DNA of 7,934 nucleotides from a virus (Duplodnaviria; Heunggongvirae; Uroviricota; Caudoviricetes): IMG/VR virus record IMGVR_UViG_2537562231_000020; one strand, 5' to 3'. Shown piece by piece: positions 5,285 to 7,934 of this stretch (position 1 is its first letter; each line of letters starts with the position of its first letter). The notes under the pieces were generated by a model. It saw only the letters and a program-made list of their open reading frames with translations, ran no database searches and was not told where the DNA came from. The position numbers and the translations under genes were made by a program.

Positions 5285-6944
5285 ACGCTTAAAAACTCAT
5301 TCTAAAACTCAAAAGAAAAGCGCCGATTTAGTATCAAATAAGTTGCGTATCGGCGTTTTTCAGCGGTATCAAATGAAATGCAAATCGGTATCAAAAAAAT
5401 CGCCGCGCTATAGTCAGCAGGCGGCAGAGCAGAATAAGGTGTACCAGTCCATGCTGGTTATGAACGGTCAGCATACGGAATTCAACCGTCTGCTGGGGCT
5501 GGGTAATGAACTGCTTCAGCAGCGGCAGGGACTGGTGAATGTGCCGTTACGGCTGCCACAGGCCACTCTGGATGATAAACAGCAGAGTGCCCTGACAAAA
5601 ACAGAGCGTGAGCTGGCCCTGTCCAGACTGAAAGGGGAAGAAAAAGAGCGTGCCCGGCTGGGGTATGCGGCGGATGACCTTGGTTTTGTGGGGGATTCGT
5701 ATCAGGAGGCGAGACAGCGTTATATCAGTAATGCTCTGGAAGCCTGGCGTAATAACGAGGCGAACAAACCTAAATCCCGGGGTGGAAAATCAGAGACGGA
5801 AAAAGCGGAAGACAGTTTTTCCCGGCTACTGAAGCAGCAGAAAGAGCAACTGGCACTGGCGGGTCAGAATACAGAGCTGGCGAAGCTGAAGTACCAGACT
5901 GCGCAGGGCGAACTGAAAACCCTGACGGAGATGCAGAAGCAGGAACTGCTGCGTAACGCGGCCCTGATTGACCAGCAAAAAATCCGGGAACAGTTGCGAT
6001 CCCGGGAAGAGACCCTGAAGAATGATAATGTGGCTGCGCGTGCATCAAATGAAGCCGAACTGCTGGGATACGGGCAGGGAGAACGAGCCAGGGAACACAT
6101 GCGGGAGTTGCAGCAGATCCGCGACAGCTTCCGCCAGAAGGATGCGGACCTTCAGTCTCAGTATCAGACCGGGGATATCAGTGAGGATTTTTACAGACAG
6201 GCACGGGCACAGAACGCGCAGTATCTGAGCGAACGCCTTAAGGACCAGGCAGCCTTTTATGCCGAATCGGATGCGCAGCGTGCGGACTGGCAGAAAGGCT
6301 TGCAGGAGGGGCTCAGTAACTGGTTGGATAATGCGTCCGATTACGCCTCACAGGCAGCACAGCTTGCGACGGAGGGTATCTCAGGGATGGTGAATAACAT
6401 CACGGAGATGCTGAACGGAAATAAAGTGGAATGGCGCAGCTGGGCCTCATCAGTGCTGCAGGAAATATCAAAAGTTCTTATGAATGCCGCGATTGTCAAC
6501 GGGATCAAGACGGCGGCAAACAGTATGTCCGGTGCAGGAGGATTTCTCGGCAGCATTGGTGACTGGCTGGGCGGGGCGGTGGCCAATGCAAAAGGCGGCG
6601 TGTATACCTCGGCAAACCTGAGTGCGTACAGCAACAGTATTGTGGATACGCCCACGTACTTTGCCTTTGCAAAAGGGGCCGGGCTGATGGGGGAGGCCGG
6701 ACCTGAAGCCATTATGCCCCTGACGCGGGCGGCGGATGGCTCGCTGGGTGTGCGCGCGGTGGGCAGTATGTACGGCAGTGCGGGCCTGGTGTATTCCCCG
6801 GTCTACCATATCGCCATTCAGAATGACGGGACTAATGGCCAGATAGGGCCGGAGGCGGCAGGCAGTCTTGTGCAGCTGATTGACCAGCGGGTGCAGGCGG
6901 TGATGCTGTCCATGCGACGTGACGGAGGAATGCTGAGTGGCTGA
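5277..6944 (+). CDS. H: Tail tape measure protein (lambda gpH-like), N-terminally truncated C-terminal fragment; probable pseudogene or remnant
   Basis: C-terminal region ([17 protein letters not shown]...[18 protein letters not shown]...RRDGGMLSG) parallels the lambda gpH C-terminus as I recall it (NWRSFTRSVLSMMTEILLKQ...[17 protein letters not shown]...RDGGLFSG). The middle is Gln/Glu/Arg-rich and coiled-coil-like, as in tape measures. At 555 codons it is well short of the roughly 850 aa of lambda gpH. The first roughly 45 codons run through the AT-rich repeat block and begin at a GTG with no RBS. No gpG/gpT-like genes precede it. Confidence 0.75.
5285..5410. repeat. AT-rich repeat block at the junction between the mom module and the truncated tape-measure gene
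   Basis: Tandem AAAACTCA at 5292-5299 and 5304-5311. Three copies of GTATCAAA at 5331, 5366 and 5388, the last two 22 bp apart. Inverted repeats CGCCGAT (5321-5327) / ATCGGCG (5349-5355) and GCGCCGATTT (5320-5329) / AAATCGCCGCGC (5397-5408). Composition switches to GC-rich coding sequence at about 5410. Confidence 0.4.
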
Positions 6945-7278
6945 GATAAAAACGCTGCATCTGGTCCCGCGTGAAGGGATGCAGGTGAGTGAGAAGCCGT
7001 CGGTGGTGAGGGTGCGGTTTGGTGACGGTTATGAACAGCGCCGCCCCACAGGGCTGAATCCTCAACTGAAGACGTTTCAGGCGGTGTTCCGGGTGACGGA
7101 TGAGTCAACCCGGCGCTGGCTGGAAGAGTTTTTATCGTGGCATGGTGGTTACCGTGCCTTTTTGTGGCGACCGCCGAAACATAACCGGACGGTGAGGGTT
7201 GTGTGCCGTGAGTGGAGTGTCACGGATAATGCCCGGTACAGTGATTTCAGTTGCACGATAGAGCAGGTGGTGAACTGA
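6937..7278 (+). CDS. M: Minor tail protein M (lambda gpM homologue)
   Basis: GTG start at 6937 with RBS GGAGGA (6924-6929), overlapping the tape-measure stop. Product VRVRFGDGYEQRRPTGLNPQLKTF...LEEFLSWHGGYRAFLWRPP...EQVVN aligns with lambda gpM as I recall it (VRKVRFGDGYSQRAPAGLNANLKTY...LESFLEEHGGWKSFLWTPP...EQVVN). 113 aa against about 109 for lambda. Confidence 0.9.
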   Translation: MAEIKTLHLVPREGMQVSEKPSVVRVRFGDGYEQRRPTGLNPQLKTFQAVFRVTDESTRRWLEEFLSWHGGYRAFLWRPPKHNRTVRVVCREWSVTDNARYSDFSCTIEQVVN

Positions 7279-7934
7279 TGCAGGATATTCACGAAGAAAG
7301 CCTGAACGAGTCGGTTAAGTCAGAGCAGTCACCGCGTGTGGTACTCTGGGAAATCGACCTGACGGTGCAGGGCGGTGAGCGCTATTTTTTCTGCAATGAA
7401 CTGAATGAAAAAGGGGAGCCGGTCACCTGGCAGGGGCGTGAATATCAGGCGTACCCGATTGACGGCAGCGGCTTTGAGATGAACGGGAAGGGCAGCAGTG
7501 CCAGACCGTCGCTGACGGTGTCCAATCTGTTTGGCCTTGTCACCGGAATGGCGGAGGACCTGCAGAGCCTGGTGGGGGCCACGGTGGTCCGCCGCCGGGT
7601 GTATGCCCGTTTTCTGGATGCGGTGAATTTTGTGGCGGGCAATCCGGAAGCGGACCCGGAGCAGGAGCTGAGCGACCGCTGGGTGGTGGAGCAGATGTCA
7701 GAGCTGACGGCCATGACAGCCTCGTTTGTGCTGGCAACACCGACGGAGACGGACGGAGCGCTGTTTCCCGGTCGCATTATGCTGGCGAATACCTGTATGT
7801 GGGATTACCGGGGAGATGAATGCGGGTATAACGGTCCTGCGGTGGCGGATGAGTTCGACAACCCCACCACGGATATCCGTAAGGACAGATGCAGCAAGTG
7901 CATGCGTGGGTGTGAACTGCGCAGGAATGTCGGC
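7278..7934 (+). CDS. L: Minor tail protein L (lambda gpL homologue), partial; 3' end beyond the window
   Basis: ATG at 7278 overlaps the gpM stop (TGATG). Translation MQDIHEESLNE...VVLWEIDLTVQGGERYFFCNELNEKGEPVTWQGREYQAYPIDGSGFEMNGKG...FPGRIMLANTCMWDYRGDECGYNGPAVADE...CSKCMRGC is near-collinear with lambda gpL as I recall it, including the conserved cysteine cluster. 219 codons present. Confidence 0.92.
   Translation, partial: MQDIHEESLNESVKSEQSPRVVLWEIDLTVQGGERYFFCNELNEKGEPVTWQGREYQAYPIDGSGFEMNGKGSSARPSLTVSNLFGLVTGMAEDLQSLVGATVVRRRVYARFLDAVNFVAGNPEADPEQELSDRWVVEQMSELTAMTASFVLATPTETDGALFPGRIMLANTCMWDYRGDECGYNGPAVADEFDNPTTDIRKDRCSKCMRGCELRRNVG

Noticed and set aside
5345-5416. Calling this stretch a bona fide Mu right end (attR with R1-R3 transposase sites)
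   Set aside because: Only loose resemblance to the Mu terminal sequence; the consensus transposase-binding motif as I recall it is not matched beyond a few bases. Kept as a hypothesis in the findings, not annotated as a feature.
5650-7108. Plus- and minus-strand ORFs nested in the tape-measure gene (for example 5770..6048, 5864..6100, 6341..6712, 6468..6809, 6818..7108)
   Set aside because: They sit in GC-rich coding sequence antisense or out of frame to a gene whose C-terminus parallels lambda gpH, and their translations are low-complexity (Ser/Pro/Ala/Arg-rich).
7445-7777. Minus-strand ORFs 7445..7777 and 7540..7740 inside gpL
   Set aside because: Antisense to a gene that is near-collinear with lambda gpL; Pro/Gly/Ser-rich translations typical of antisense frames in GC-rich genes.
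1-7934. CRISPR arrays, tRNA or rRNA genes, and integrase or attachment-site cores
   Set aside because: No regularly spaced direct repeats of 25-40 bp, no cloverleaf-like tRNA candidates and no tyrosine-integrase ORF were seen. The only serine recombinase is the small invertase type, not a large integrase.

Overview
Composite prophage region with two modules joined at about 5285-5410. Left module (1-5284) resembles the right arm of a Mu-type phage: a start-less tail-fibre variable segment on the minus strand (1-299) ending at a 26-bp Gin/Hin-type crossover site (255-280), a Pin/Gin-family serine invertase (346-918), a large SASA-type O-acetylesterase with a lectin-like C-terminal domain (1004-3058), a low-GC islet of three small unknown genes (3203-4136), and a com/mom-like DNA-modification pair (4393-5284) preceded by an AT-rich control region with three GATC sites. 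Right module (5277-7934) is lambda-like tail genes: an N-terminally truncated tape-measure gene (gpH-like) followed by gpM and a partial gpL. The two are separated by an AT-rich, repeat-dense block (5285-5410) that looks like a rearrangement junction or element end. No rRNA, tRNA or CRISPR array was seen. All family assignments rest on reading the translations and on recalled family sequences; no database search was run.
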